Both the position numbers and the translations under genes were made by a program. DNA of 64,000 bases from positions 15,688,001 through 15,752,000 of the forward strand of contig NC_058383.1 of the NCBI RefSeq assembly GCF_018350175.1, read 5' to 3'. Below the pieces are notes generated by a model. The model was not told the origin of the DNA and searched no databases. It was given only the letters and a program-made list of their open reading frames with translations. Position 1 is the first letter of the stretch. Each line of letters opens with the position of its first letter. This DNA is from Felis catus (taxonomy: Eukaryota). Below, piece after piece: positions 13,034 through 26,171 of the stretch.

Positions 13034-16000
13034 ATCAAGCATCTTTTCATGTGCTTTTTAGCTACTTCTGTATCTTTTTAGGGAAATGTCCCCTCAAAAA
13101 TCTTTGCCCATTTTTATATATCTATTTTTTTAAATTATTTTTGAGAGAGAAAGAGATAGAGAGAGAGACAGGGAGCAGGGGCGGCGCAGAGAAGGAGACA
13201 GAGAATCTGAAGCAGGCTTGGCACGGTCAGCGCAAAGCCTAATGTGGGGCTTGAACCCACGAACTGCAAGATCATGACCTGAGCTGAAGATAGACCTTAA
13301 CCAATTGAGCCACCCAGGCGCCCCTCTTTGCCCATTTTTAAACTGAGTGATGTGAATTCTTATTATTGAATCATAGAGTTCTTTATATATTCTAGATACT
13401 AGTATCTAGATACCATTCTGTGTGTTGTCTTTTCACTCTTTTGATGATATCATTTATAGCACAAAAGTTTATAATTTCAATGTAGTCCAATTTTCCTATT
13501 TTTTCTTTTGTTTTCCTTACGCTTTTGCTGTCGTGTCTATAAAACTAGTGTCAAATCTAAGGCCATAAATATTTATTCCTATGTTTTCCTCTATGAGTTT
13601 TACAGGCTTAGCTCTTATATTTAGGTCTGTAACTCATTTTGAGTTAATTTCTGTGTTATGATATTAAAGAAGGGATCGGGGCGCCTGGGTGGCTCAGTCA
13701 GTTGAGCATCCAGCTTCAGATCGGGTCATGATCTTATGGCCTGTGCATTCAAGCCTGGCGTCGGACTCTGTGCTGACAGCTCAGAGCCTGGAACCTGCTT
13801 CGGATTCTGTGTCTCCATTGCTCTCTGCCCCTCCCCTGTTCATGCTCTGTCTCTCTCTCTCTCAAAAACAATTAAACATTATAAAAATTAAATTAAAAAA
13901 AGAGAATGGATCCAACTTCAATCTTTGCATGTTGGCATCCAGTTGTCCCAGCACCATTTGTTGAAAAGACCATTGAATTGTCCTGGCATTCTTTTTGAAA
14001 AACAACCATTAACCATAAATGGCAGGACCTACTTACAGACTCTCATGTCACCTTACACCTTTTTAATAAGTTATCTTTCTGCTTAAATCAGCCTGAGTTG
14101 GTGCCTGTTGCTTGAAACTAAGACTATCATATCAGGAATGAGAAACTGTAATATAAAGTTAAGATCTCTGAGGATCATCAGAGAGTAGTAGGGGCCCCAC
14201 AAGATCAAACAGGGAATTTGAGAATTCTTATAGTGGTTTCAGTCCCTTTAGCTTAAACTATCAAATACTGTACCTTTGGGACACTGATCATGGGACTATG
14301 GAGGCCATATACAATGTTAGGGAAAACTGTAAGTTAAAGTCCAGATGTTGGTATATGTTAACTAAATTTTTTAGCCTTCAATAAATCCTATAATCAAGAA
14401 ATTTTTGAAAGTAAATACAGCTCTGTTAAGAGCAAACTGAAACTGACTGAGGATACACTAATTTGTGCATTTTTAGGATTGAAAAAGTCAAATTCTGATA
14501 TCAAGCTAAAGTAAGTGTATGCAGAGACAGTGAGGTGGAAGACTTGATAGGAGATAAAACTGAGCAAAGGAAAAACAAAAGCCTAATGTAGGCCTTTCGA
14601 GGTACTGTTAAGAATTCTCCAATAAACAAAGAGAGAAGCCTGGGGACAAAGACTAAATTATGAGTTATGCCTTTTCAACCTGAGGCTGTTACTTATTATT
14701 TTTTTTTAATAATTGTTCACAGAATTCTTTGATTTTTAAAAACCATTGTGTATATGTTTTTATTATTTTTTAATGTTTGTTTTTGAGGGCAGGGGAGGGG
14801 CAGAGAGACAGGGAGACAGAGAATCTGAAGCGGTTCCGGGTGAGAGTCACAGAACCATGAGATCAACACTTGGCCTGAAGTCAGATGTTTAACTGACTGA
14901 GTCATCCAGGTGCCCCCTGAAGCTATTTTTAAAAAACTGTCTCAGAGCCAAGGGGATGGACAGGAATTTCCATGACAAAGAGACTAGACCAGAACTGTCC
15001 ACCTAGTGACTAGAAGCAGAGGCTGGAGGTTGACTCATCTAATCTCTCTGATTCACTGGCTCTACTCCACCCACATGTAATACCTCAGACAAAATAGGTG
15101 TTCTCCTGCCTGAAAGCCTTTGCACAGACTACTCCCTCTACCTTGTACAGGCTTGCCCCCAGGTATCTGGATGGAAATTCCCTTACCACCTTGATGTCTT
15201 TGCTTAGACACATTTTTTTTTTTTTTAATAAGAGTTGCTCGGATTCCTCTGTGTGTAACTGTAACCTGTTTCCTCACCATTCAACTCTCTCAATCCCCCT
15301 AACCTTGCTCTATTTTTCCCAAAGAAGTTATCATCTAATAATATATAGCTTCCTTATTTGCTATAATCATTACTATTTTCTGGGGAAAAAAAGCAAAGAT
15401 TTTTGTCAGTTTTGTTTCCCAATGTTCTCAAAAATTTCTATTGATTCAATGATTGAAATGTGCTACACTAGCTAAATTTCATATTTTGAGAAGAAAAAAA
15501 TAGTGGGAGAATGAAATCATATGGTAAATGGTAGCATAGATATTATAGCATGTATATCAACCTTTTATTTCTATAAATGACAGACTTAAAAATGCTAATT
15601 CATATTTTTTGACTATCCACTAAAAGTTTAGTCCATTGCAAAGGAAGAATTTGGCATGCTATTATTAAACCATCCAAATTTACCAAAGATTGACCATAAT
15701 AAACTGCTAAGTATAAGAAAAGCAAATGGTTTCTCATCAGAGGTAAATTCAATGTGTACTCTTTTATATCTATAGCCAATTAGAAAATATTACTGCTTAC
15801 TGTATTGGGGAAGTTTAATGTCTTCCTCTCACTTACTTGTTCAACAAGTATTTCTTGGTTATAAGAGATATTGACCTAGGTGCTCATCACACTGTGGTGA
15901 ACAAGGTCCTTGTGCTCAAGGTATTTATATTAATGTTCCTTAAAAACATCATTTCAAAGAGAGTGGTAAGCATTTGTACTGCTCACCAATATATTCAGTC

Positions 16001-16907
16001 CTCCTTTCCTCTGTCACATGAGAGGACTGTACTTCCTGAACTGTTGAAGTTAGACAGGACCACCTGACATCAGGCATGGCTTTTACTAGCAAACATAAAG
16101 AGGAATTATGTGTGACATTTCTAAGAGGAAGCACTTAAGACTTTATGCACGGGGGCGCCTGGGTGGCTCAGTCGGTTAAGTGTCTGACTTAGGCTCAGGT
16201 CATGATCTCACGGTTCGTGGGTTCAAACCCCACATCAGGGTAGTGCTGACGGCTCAGAGCCTGGAGCCTGTTTCAAATTCTGTGTCTCCCTCTCTGCCCC
16301 TCCCCAACTCGTGCTCTGTCTGAAAAGTAAAGAAACATTAAAAAAAAAATTAAAAAAAAAAAAGACTATGCGCGATTCTCCACGCTCAGTCTCTCTCTTC
16401 CTCTGCCACATGTTGCTATAGAGGTGCCATGAGATCAAAGAAGTCTGAATGTTGAGACAACACATGGGACATGCCTGAGAGTAGCCTAGACTCCAGAGAC
16501 ATTTTAAAAGTGACAAACTTGGGGCACCTGGGTGGCTCAGTCGGTTGAGTGTCCAACTTTGGCTCAGGTCATGATCTCACAGTTTGTGGGTTCGAGCCCC
16601 GCATCAGGCTCTGCGCTGACAGCTCAGAGCCTGGAGCCTGCTTCAGATTCTGTGTCTCCTTCTCTCTCTGCCCCTCCCCCACTCACGCTTTGTCTCACTC
16701 TGTTTCTCAAAAATAAATAAATGTAAAAAAAAAAAAAATTAAAAAAAAAGTGACAAATTTATTTTGGTTAAGTCTCCTGAAGTCTGGAAGGGAGATTATA
16801 CAAACTTCTTTCCACTTTAATATCTACATCAGAAAAAATACTGACATCTGCCAGACATCTTTTTTAATCCAGAATAAACTAACACTTCGTGGTTGCTTGA
16901 AATTGAC

Positions 16908-17400
16908 CAGAGGTTCTCAAACTGGTTTTGAGACCCTTTCAGGGATTTCATAAAGTGAACACCTAATTCTCTCTTTAGTGTTATAGTACAGCTTTCCAGA
17001 AGGTACTTGGAAAAGGTACCTGATATTGAAAACACTGAATACAAAGATATGAAAATCCATGTATCAAGTTAGATAGTGAAGAGATTTTGCAAAAATGTAA
17101 AATATTCTTCTAATTCTGTTACAGAAAGTAGTTATTTTTCATAAAATTAGGCTATATGTTTATATATAATAGATTTCTTGTTATTTCTAAGTGAATTTAA
17201 AATATTTTAAAAATTTTCAGTTTTAGTTTCTAATAAAATACTGGGATATATACACAGATGTAATGTAAACAAATGTAAACAAATGTAAACAAACAAAATG
17301 TAAACAAAATGTAAACAAATGTAAACAAAAGCTCTTTAGAGTCTGATAATTTTTAATAATTCCGGTCCTGGCATCAAAAATTTTGAGAATTATTGGACTA
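16908..17400. mobile_element. Old hAT-Charlie fragment
   Basis: cagaggttctcaaa..tttgagaattattg inverted termini. Confidence 0.5.
17262..17330. repeat. Tandem repeat of AAATGTAAAC (six units)
   Basis: GTAAACAA at 17265, 17275, 17285, 17300, 17311 and 17321. Confidence 0.95.
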
Positions 17401-18964
17401 GACTGTGCTTCCATCAGTGAAAAGCTACTATTTTTAGCTACTGTTTTTAATCTTTATCATTCATCCCTTTACTTCACTAGGAAATAATTACTTTCCAGAT
17501 AATACCAGAGACTTCATAATAAATATCAATATATGTCACCAAATTTCTGATCAAAAGTACTTTAAATTAGAATGTACGCTTAAAAGACATTTTAAGAATT
17601 CTGAAATTTGTATCTCTTTGAACCTAATCTGGAAAAATTATTAAAGAAAGTAGAAAATGCTTTTAGGGAATACTAATCTCATGACAGTATTGAAGAGAAA
17701 TTCTACAAAGTAATAATTGATTATGAGGTCACTGACCACTGGATTCTAGTTAATGGTAACTGTTTCCATACTGCAGCAACAATACTACACTGCTTTATAA
17801 TTTAAGAGCTTAACTGAGATTATCTGTAATGGTTGCATAGTAATTAGGACATACAAACAGAAGATTTGGATTGTTCAAATAATTTAATTCAAATTGAATA
17901 ACAATGAAGACATTTATTGATGCGCAAAGCCCTATGTTTGGCTTTACAGGTATCAATGATGATGTAAAGCAGTCATCTCTCAAACCAAATTACCAGGAAA
18001 TCCATTCTAGTGTTGGCCAAATGCCAGTCAAAACAGAAAATAAACTTGATGTTTTTATGGCTAATCATTTATTTTCTAGCAACACAAAGTCTTGAAAATT
18101 AAGCTCAAGTATTTCTGTGTTTTCAAAAGAGCCTTTTACTGCTTCACTTAAAAAAATTTTTTTGATGACTCCAAAAGAAGTACAATACATATTTATATAA
18201 AACTTAACAGAATTCCAATTCTGATGGTTGTAGCATACTGTTCTATATATTTTTTTCTCCTGTCACCTGTTGCATTCTGGGAATGGTATATAACAGAGCC
18301 TAACACAAGAAAGCACTAATGAGGAAACAAGAGGGAGAGAGGATTGAAAGGAAAAGAAAAAAAATTTAAAACCAATAATAACAGTTATACTATATGCTTG
18401 AAATATATGTTTTTAAATCTTGTTTACAGCCTCTTCTCATTCTAATCCATATGGCTATAGTGCACATATGAGCAAGTGACTGCCTTGCTGTATATCTGTC
18501 ATACCCAGTCTGAAGGCCCAAGCATGGTACACAAGGCCATTCTAACTTCATTCAACCTTACCATCCAGCTTCCCCTCCTACAACTCCTTGTCAGATCTCA
18601 TCACCAAACAACAATCTGCCATTCCCAACATAGCTTCATGTTCTCCTACCTTTTTTCTGGCTGTTCCCTCTGACTGAAATCCCTCTTTGGAGCCTTGTCT
18701 TGGCTGGCGAACCTCTATTTAACTCTTAAAACTCAGCTAAAATAACGCCACCACTGTGAAGTCCAAACTGAATTAAAATTTCTAATCTTCCAGAGTACTT
18801 AGTTACCCTTTTTATAGTATCAATCACTTTACTTTTGGAATTATTTTTTTCCATGCCTCTCTCCGCAGTGATACTACCTTAATAGGAAAGACTATATTTC
18901 ATTTATTCTTAGCTCATCTCATATGGCACCTAGTAGGTTATACACTTCTGCTGAATGGAAAATT

Positions 18965-20158
18965 AGAGCAACAACACATGATTATCTCCATAGACTCAGA
19001 AAAAGTATTAGAAAAAAATTCAAGACTTTTCATGATAAAAACACTCAGTAAACTAGAAGTAGAAGTAACATGTATCATTACTTGTATCATTAACATGATA
19101 GAGGGTATTTATGAAAACCCAACACATCATATTTAATGGTGAAAGACGGAAAGATTCCCATTGAGATCAGGAATAACACAAGGATGCCTACTTTGTTTTT
19201 TTAATGTTTTATTTATTTTTGAGAGAGCATGAGCAGGGGAGGGGCAGAGAGAGAAGGAGACAGAGAATTTGAAGTGGGCTCTGTACTGACAGCAGAGAGC
19301 CCAATATAGGGCTCGAACCCATAAACCGTGAGACCATGACCAGAGCCAAAGTTGGACACTCAACCCACTGAGCCACCCAGATGCTCCAAGGATGCCTACT
19401 TTTGTGCTTTTATTCAATCTCTACGAGAAGGCTTAGCCAGAGCAATTACACAAGAAAAAGAAACAAAAGGCATCCAATTTGGAAAAGAAATATAACTGTT
19501 TCTATTTGCAGATGACATATTTCTACATGCAGAAAATCCAAAAGAATCCACATATACATAAAGTAGCTACTAGAACAAACAAACAAATTCAGCAAGTTGC
19601 AGGCTAAAAGATCAACATATGAAAATGAGTTGTGTTTAGATGCACCAGCAATGAATAATCAGAAAGGAAATTAAGAATCCATGTATAGTAGCATTAAAAA
19701 AAAAAACACCTACATTAAAAAAATCTAAAAAAGAAACACCTAGGAATGAATTTAAAGGGAGTAAAAGACATGTATAGTAAAAACAACCAAACACTGATGA
19801 AAGAAATTAAAGAAGACATAATTACTTGAAAAAACATTTCATGTTCATAGACTAGAAGACTTAATATATTTTTTAAAAATTTATTCTTGAGAGAGAGACA
19901 GAGTATGAGCAGGGGAGGGGCAGAGAGAGGACACACAGAATTCGAAGAAGGCTCCAGGCTCTGAGCTGTCAGCACAGAGCCGGATGCGGAGCTTGAACTC
20001 ACGAGCTGTGAGATATGACCTGAGCTGAAGCTGGACGCTTAACCGACTGAGCCACCCAGAAACCCCAGAAGACTTGATATTCTTAAATGGCACTACACCC
20101 CAAAGTGATCTGCAATTTAATGCAATCCCTATCAAAATCTCAATGGCTTTGTGTGTAG

Positions 20159-20208
<50 letters not shown>

Positions 20209-22335
20209 GGAAGAGCCAATCATCATATTCATTTGGAATCCCAAAATATTGAATGCCTGAAAAGCCAAAATATTGAAAAAGAAAAACAAGGCTCAAGAAC
20301 TCACACAGATTTCAAAACTCACTCCAAAGCTGTAAAAATCAAAACACTGGTACTAGCACAAGGACAAACACATGGACCAATGGAATGAAACTGTGGCTTG
20401 AGAAATAAACCCACCATCTACAGCCAATTGATTTTTCACGAGTGTACCAAAACCATTCAATGGGGTAAAGAACAAGCTCTTTAACAAATGGTGCTGGGCC
20501 AACTGGGTATGTAAAAAAACATGAAGTTGGAATCCTGCTTCATTACATATATGAAAATTAGCTAATAATGGATAAAAGACTAATATATATAAACTAAAAT
20601 TAAAAACTATCATTAGAAAGCACAGGAGTAGGGGCTCCTGGGTGGTTCAGTCGTTGAGCATCCGACTTCGGCTCAGGTCATGATCTCACAGTTTGTGGGT
20701 TTGAGCCCCATGTCAGGCTCAGAGCCTGGAGCCTGCTTTGGATTCTGTGTCTCCCTCTCTCTCTGCTCCTCCCCCACTCACACTTTCTCTCTGTCTCAAA
20801 AATAAACATTAAAAAAAAAAATAAAACACAGGAGTAAATCTTCATTACTTCAGATATGGGAATGGATTCTTAGATTTGACATCAAAAGCATGAGTGACAA
20901 ATGAAAAACAAACTGGATACACACAGATTAAAACCTTTGTCCATCAAAAGACATTATCAAGAAAATGAAAAGACAGCCTATGGAATGGGAAAAATATTTG
21001 CAATGGTACCTCTGATAAAGGTTTGGTATCCAGAATAAAGAACTCTTACAACTCAACAAAAAAAATAAAAAATAGGCAGTGGACTTGAATAGACAGTTCT
21101 CCAAAGATATACAAGTGGAAAACAAGTACATGAAGAGATATTCAAATTCATTTGTCATTAAAGAAATGCAAATCAAAACCACAATGAGGTATCACTTCAC
21201 ATTCGCTAGGATGGCTAGAATTTTTTAATTTTATTTTTACTAAGTAGGCTCCATGCACAGCATGGAGCTAAATGTGGGGCTTGAACTCATGACCCTGAGA
21301 TCAAGACCTGAGCTGATATAGAGTCCGGCACTTAACCAAATGAACCATCCAGGGACCCCAACAATTTTTTTTTAACGTTTATTTGTTTTTGAGAGAAAGA
21401 GACAGAGCACGAGCAGGGGAGGAGCAGAGAGAGACAAAGACACAGAATCTGAAGCAGGCTCCAGACTCAGCTGTCAGCACAGAGCCCGACGCAGGGTTCG
21501 AACCAACAAACCATGAGAACATGACCTGAGCCAAAGCTGGATGCTTAACTGACTGAGCCACCCAGGAGCCCCTCAACAATTTTTTTAAAGGGAAATAACA
21601 AGCACCGATGAGGAGGTGAAGAAATAGGAACTCTTGTATGTTGCTGATGGGAATGTAGAATGCACAACCACTGTAGAGAAGAGTTTGACAGCTCCTCAAA
21701 AAGTTAAACATAAAATTCCCAAATTACCCAGGTATCCCATTTCTAGGTACATATCCAAGAGAAATGAAAATATATGTCTACACAGAAAACTGTACATTAA
21801 TGTTCATAGCAGCATTGTTCAGAATAGCCAAAAGGTGTAAACAATCCACATGTCCATCACTGGACAAATGGATAAAGTGTGGTAGAAATGTACCCTGGGG
21901 TGGTGCCTGGGTGGCTCAGTTGGTTAAGTGTCTGATTCGATTTTGGCTCAGGTCATTATCTCACAGTTTGTGAGTTTGAGCCCCGAGTCAGGTTCCGCGC
22001 TGTCAGTGCAGAGCCTGCTTGGGATTCTCTGTCTCTCTGCCCCTCCCCTGCTCTCTCTAAAAAATAAATAAATAAACTTTAAAAAAATGTACCATGGAAT
22101 ATTATTAAGCTTTAAAAGGACACATGAACCGCAAAAACACACTAACAGAGACAGAAAGCAGATCAGTGGTTCCCAATGAGATGAGAGAAGGAGGAATGAG
22201 GAATGATTACTTAAAGGTTATTTTGAGGCTATATAAAATACTAAACCAGAAAGAGTTGGTAACTATAACCCTGTGAATGAACTGAATGCCACTGAATTGT
22301 ACACTATAATAATGTTAACTGTGGTCTGAGTTTCA
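18965..22335 (+). mobile_element. Old L1M-type ORF2/3' fragments with several SINE insertions
   Basis: L1 ORF2-like motifs (tctatttgcagatgacat, aatgcaatccctatcaaaat, aaatgcaaatcaaaaccacaatgag) occur in order and are interrupted by CAN-SINEs. Confidence 0.8.
20161..20204. repeat. (GT)22 microsatellite
   Basis: Read directly. Confidence 0.95.
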
Positions 22336-22349
22336 CCTCAATATTTTAT

Positions 22350-22589
22350 TTTTTTTATTTTTTTATTTTTTTAATTTTTTTTTCAATGTTTTTTATTTAT
22401 TTTTGGGACAGAGAGAGACAGAGCATGAACGGGGAAGGGGCAGAGAGAGAGGGAGACACAGAATCGGAAACAGGCTCCAGGCTCTGAGCCATCAGCCCAG
22501 AGCCCGACGCGGGGCTCGAACTCACGGACCGCGAGATCGTGACCTGGCTGAAGTCGGACGCTTAACTGACTGCGCCACCCAGGCGCCCC
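22350..22589 (-). mobile_element. Young felid CAN-SINE
   Basis: CpG-intact body. TSD tcacctcaatatttta. Confidence 0.94.
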
Positions 22590-23153
22590 TCACCTCAATA
22601 TTTTAAAAGGTAATTAAGAGGTTATTACGGATTCCTTTTGCCAATAAATTTGTAATATTAGAAGAAATAGACAAGCTCTTGGAAAACACAACTTAAACAA
22701 ACTGATGTAAAAAGAAATATATATTTAGGGGCACCTGGGTGGGTCAGTTGGTTGAGTAAGCGACTTTGGCTCAGGTCATGATTTCACGGTTTGTGAGTTT
22801 TTGAGCCCTGCAATGGGCTCACTGTTGTCAGCACAGAGCCTGCTTCGAATTCTCGGTGCCCTCTCTCTCTGCCCCTCTCCCGCTTGCACACATGCTCTCT
22901 CAAAAATAAACTTTTTTTTTTTTTAAAGAAGAAATCAACAAGCTCTTGGGAAAACTAAACAAACTGACATAGAAGAAATAGATATTTAGGGGCACCTGTG
23001 TGGCTCAGTTGGTTAAGCATCCAACTCTTGATCTCAGCTCAGGTTATGAGGTCACAGTTCATGAGACTGAGCCCCGCATTGGGCTCTGCACTCACACCAT
23101 GGAGCCTGCTTGGGATTTTCTCTCTCCCTCTCTCTTTGCTCCTCCCTGGCTCT

Positions 23154-23162
<9 letters not shown>

Positions 23163-23202
<40 letters not shown>
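23163..23202. repeat. Expanded (TC)n tract within a SINE
   Basis: Read directly. Confidence 0.93.
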
Positions 23203-23204
<2 letters not shown>

Positions 23205-24249
23205 CTCTTCCCTCTCCTTCCCTTCCTCTCTTTCTCAAAATAAAATAAACTTTAAAAAAGGAGGAATAGCCTGTTATAGACTGCAAAAGTGGCCTTGGTT
23301 AGTTAGAAAAGGCTTGAGAGGTCCTAGATATTCTAGCTGGGCTGACTGATAGTGAAGATCTTCCCCTACATGAAGCCCATCCATAAAGAATGGGAGAGGT
23401 GATTGTTTTTTCAAAATTACAAATGTCAACAAGACCAATATACTCAATACTACTGAACTGTACATTTAAAAATGTTTAAAATCATAAATTTTATGTTATG
23501 CTTTTTACCACAATAGAAAATGTCAATTCTAGGTAGGTTGTGACCTCAATTAGAAAGGTAAAGCATTAATGTTTTCAGATATAACACAGAGAATATCTTC
23601 ATGGCCTTGGATTATGAAAAAGATTTATTCAATGATATAACAAAAACACTAAACTAATGGCAAAGACACCAGATTAGGGATTAAAATTGAGAACTTTCAT
23701 TCTTTTTAAAAAAGTGTTTATTTATATATGTTGAGAGAAAGTGCAAGTTGGGGGGGGGGGGGGCGGGGAGGCAGAGAGAGGGAGAGAGAGAGAATCCCAG
23801 GCAGGCTCCAAGCTCAGTGAGGAGCATGGCATGGGGCTTGATTCCACCATGGCCAAGATCAGGACATGAGCTGATGTCAAGAGTCTGATGCTTAACCGAC
23901 TGAGCCACCCAGGTGCCCCAAGAACTTTTATTCTTGAAAAGACTTATGAGAGAGAAAAGGCAAGTCAGGTAAGTAAGAGAGGATTTGTGAAATACATATT
24001 AAACTGTACATAAAAATATGTACAGAATTCCTAAAGATCATTAAGGGAAAAGCAAATAATTCAGTAGGAAATCGGGTAAAAGACTTAAGTAGGCATTTTA
24101 TAAAACAGTGCAGTTGCAAATACCATATGGAAAAGTGTTTACTCTCATTAGTTTTTAAGTACATATGAATCTTAACCATAATGAAACATCACTGTGCATC
24201 TACAAGAAAACACTAACATTTTAAAAGATTGATTCTAACAAATACTGGC

Positions 24250-24701
24250 TGTGGGGAATAAGTTTAGGAATTCCCTGAGCCTGCACTGATGGGCTAACAA
24301 GGCACCTTTCTTTTGTTAATCAGCTCTGCTCTGGGCAGCATCACCCGCAGCACAGTGGTCTATAGCCCTATTTACCTGTTTACCTAATTTGGTCCTTCCT
24401 TCCTCTGAAAGCAGCTTTCTGCTATAGTACTCAATTGGGGGGGTGCTTTCACCCTGAACACTCTGAATCTTGGTTACCTCATATGAGGTATTTGTATTGG
24501 GTGCCTTTGCCCCCCCTTTCTATTCTGGGGGACTTTCCCCCCCTTACTTTATTCTGGAGGGCCTTTGCCCCTCCACTCTATTCTGGGGGCCTAGTCGTGT
24601 TTACCCAAGCTTGGGTGTAAGCATCCTATGGCTCTGTAATTCTTTATGCCTTGTTAGCCCATCGGTGCAGGCTCAGGGAATTCCTAAGTTTATTCCCCAC
24701 A
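24250..24701. mobile_element. 452-bp element with 55-bp terminal inverted repeats, TG..CA ends and a 6-bp TSD (family unassigned; ERV2-LTR-like ends)
   Basis: 24250-24304 is the reverse complement of 24647-24701 at 52/55 positions. ACTGGC flanks both sides (24244-24249, 24702-24707). Removing the element restores a continuous old L1 sequence. Confidence 0.9.
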
Positions 24702-24839
24702 ACTGGCAATGTGCAACAAGGGAAATTCACATACATCCATTGGTGAGACAATAAACTGGTATAATCACTTTGGAAAACTCTTTGGCATTATCTCCTAAAT
24801 TGAAACATACAAATACCCTTTGACCCATCACTTTTACTC

Positions 24840-25392
24840 TGTGAAGGAAAAGATTAACTCAGCAGGCCCAGGTTGCTCACATGGTGCATACTCCAATGAA
24901 AGGTCTGTTTTCAGGACTGGCTATTGGTTGGCTCTTGGATCTGAGTTCTGAGTGTTCTGTCTATAATGTTTGTGCACAATTGGACCAGGCTGTACCAGTA
25001 TGAGCAGATAGTTTATGTTAATAATTTATTTATGGTGAACACCTGCTTTTTCTCTGCGGGGTCTGGAGCATGAGAAACTGAAGCTAGTCTTGCAGGCACT
25101 ACATGCCTGTGACCAATCCCCAGTAAAAACCCTGGATACAAAAGCTCAAGTGAGCCCCCTGGTTGGCAACAATCTGTATGTGCTGTCACATATGTTGCTA
25201 GGTGAATGAAGCATATCCTATGTCACTCCATTAGAGGGGACATTTGAAGATAGCACCTGGTTTCCTCCGGAGTTCAATCCTAAGTGCCTTTTCCCCTTGC
25301 TGATTGTACTTTGTATCCTTTTTCTGTAACCAACTGTAACTGTGAGTATAAGAATTATGGATTACTGTGAGTAGTCTTGGCAACTCCTAACA
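24840..25392 (+). mobile_element. Solo LTR (MER21-like)
   Basis: Bounded by TGTGAAGG..CTAACA, with MER21-type motifs (cccagtaaaaaccctgg, ccttttccccttgctgatt). Confidence 0.62.
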
Positions 25393-25619
25393 TAACTCTC
25401 AGGAATATTCTCAACAAAAATGTATATTCATTTTTACCTAAAGAAATTCACAAGGATATTTTATATCAATATTAAAACATTCCTAAAACTACAAACAACC
25501 AAAATGTCCAAATAGTTATATAATCAAAGTATAACATCAAATAACAAAAATGAACCACTGTGAAATCCAACATGAATCCCATAAATATTACATGAAAGAA
25601 ACCAGACAAAAATGAATAC

Positions 25620-26171
25620 TGTCAGTGCCCTCAAGCAAAAGACTACCAGAAATATAGCTGTAGTTGAACATGCGGAGTTTATTACTCATTTCAAGCAAGG
25701 ACAAACCCACATCATGGGGAAATGTGGGGTGTCTCAGTAAAAGAGCACTGGAAACCATACATGATTAAGGAGTTTGCTCTGGATTGGGTGCTGCCAACAA
25801 GAAGGGATGATTCTATGACTTTATCGTACCTAGAGGAAGGCAGACAAGAAGCAAGACTAAAGCGATTATTGGTAAGAAAGCAGTAGTCACTCATATTAGA
25901 CAAGAGGTGGATATTTGATATTCTGTGGTTTGCAAAGTAACCGTAATTTTCTCCATGCTTAGACAAAAGTATCAAGGGGTCTTGTCTTTTCTCAGTTCAT
26001 TATGGTTAAAAAGTAATACTGTCCAATGTTGGTATTTTGTGAGATCATTTATATCAAATAGGAGACCAGCATGTCCTAGTGGTGAGCACAAAGCCAGCTT
26101 TTAATAAACTGTTGCCTAGATGCTGTGTGTGATCAGTTCCTGTTTGTCACAGACTGATTTTTCTTTCCTCA
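25620..26171 (-). mobile_element. Solo LTR (old ERVL/ERV1 type, family uncertain)
   Basis: TG..CA bounded insertion splitting an L1 3' sequence. Minus-strand AATAAA near 25678-25683. Confidence 0.5.

Larger units (their letters stand above)
10030..14040 (-). mobile_element. Old L1M-type 3' fragments (antisense) with nested SINEs and an LTR
   Basis: Typical antisense L1 3' sequence (ggctgaataatattccattgtatgtatacaccac, cattcccaccagcagtgtatgagg, tttgcatttccctaatgact). Confidence 0.78.

Noticed and set aside
24503..24590. CRISPR-like interpretation of the triplicated unit or of the 17262-17330 repeat
   Set aside because: No unique spacers, no cas genes, and a mammalian context.
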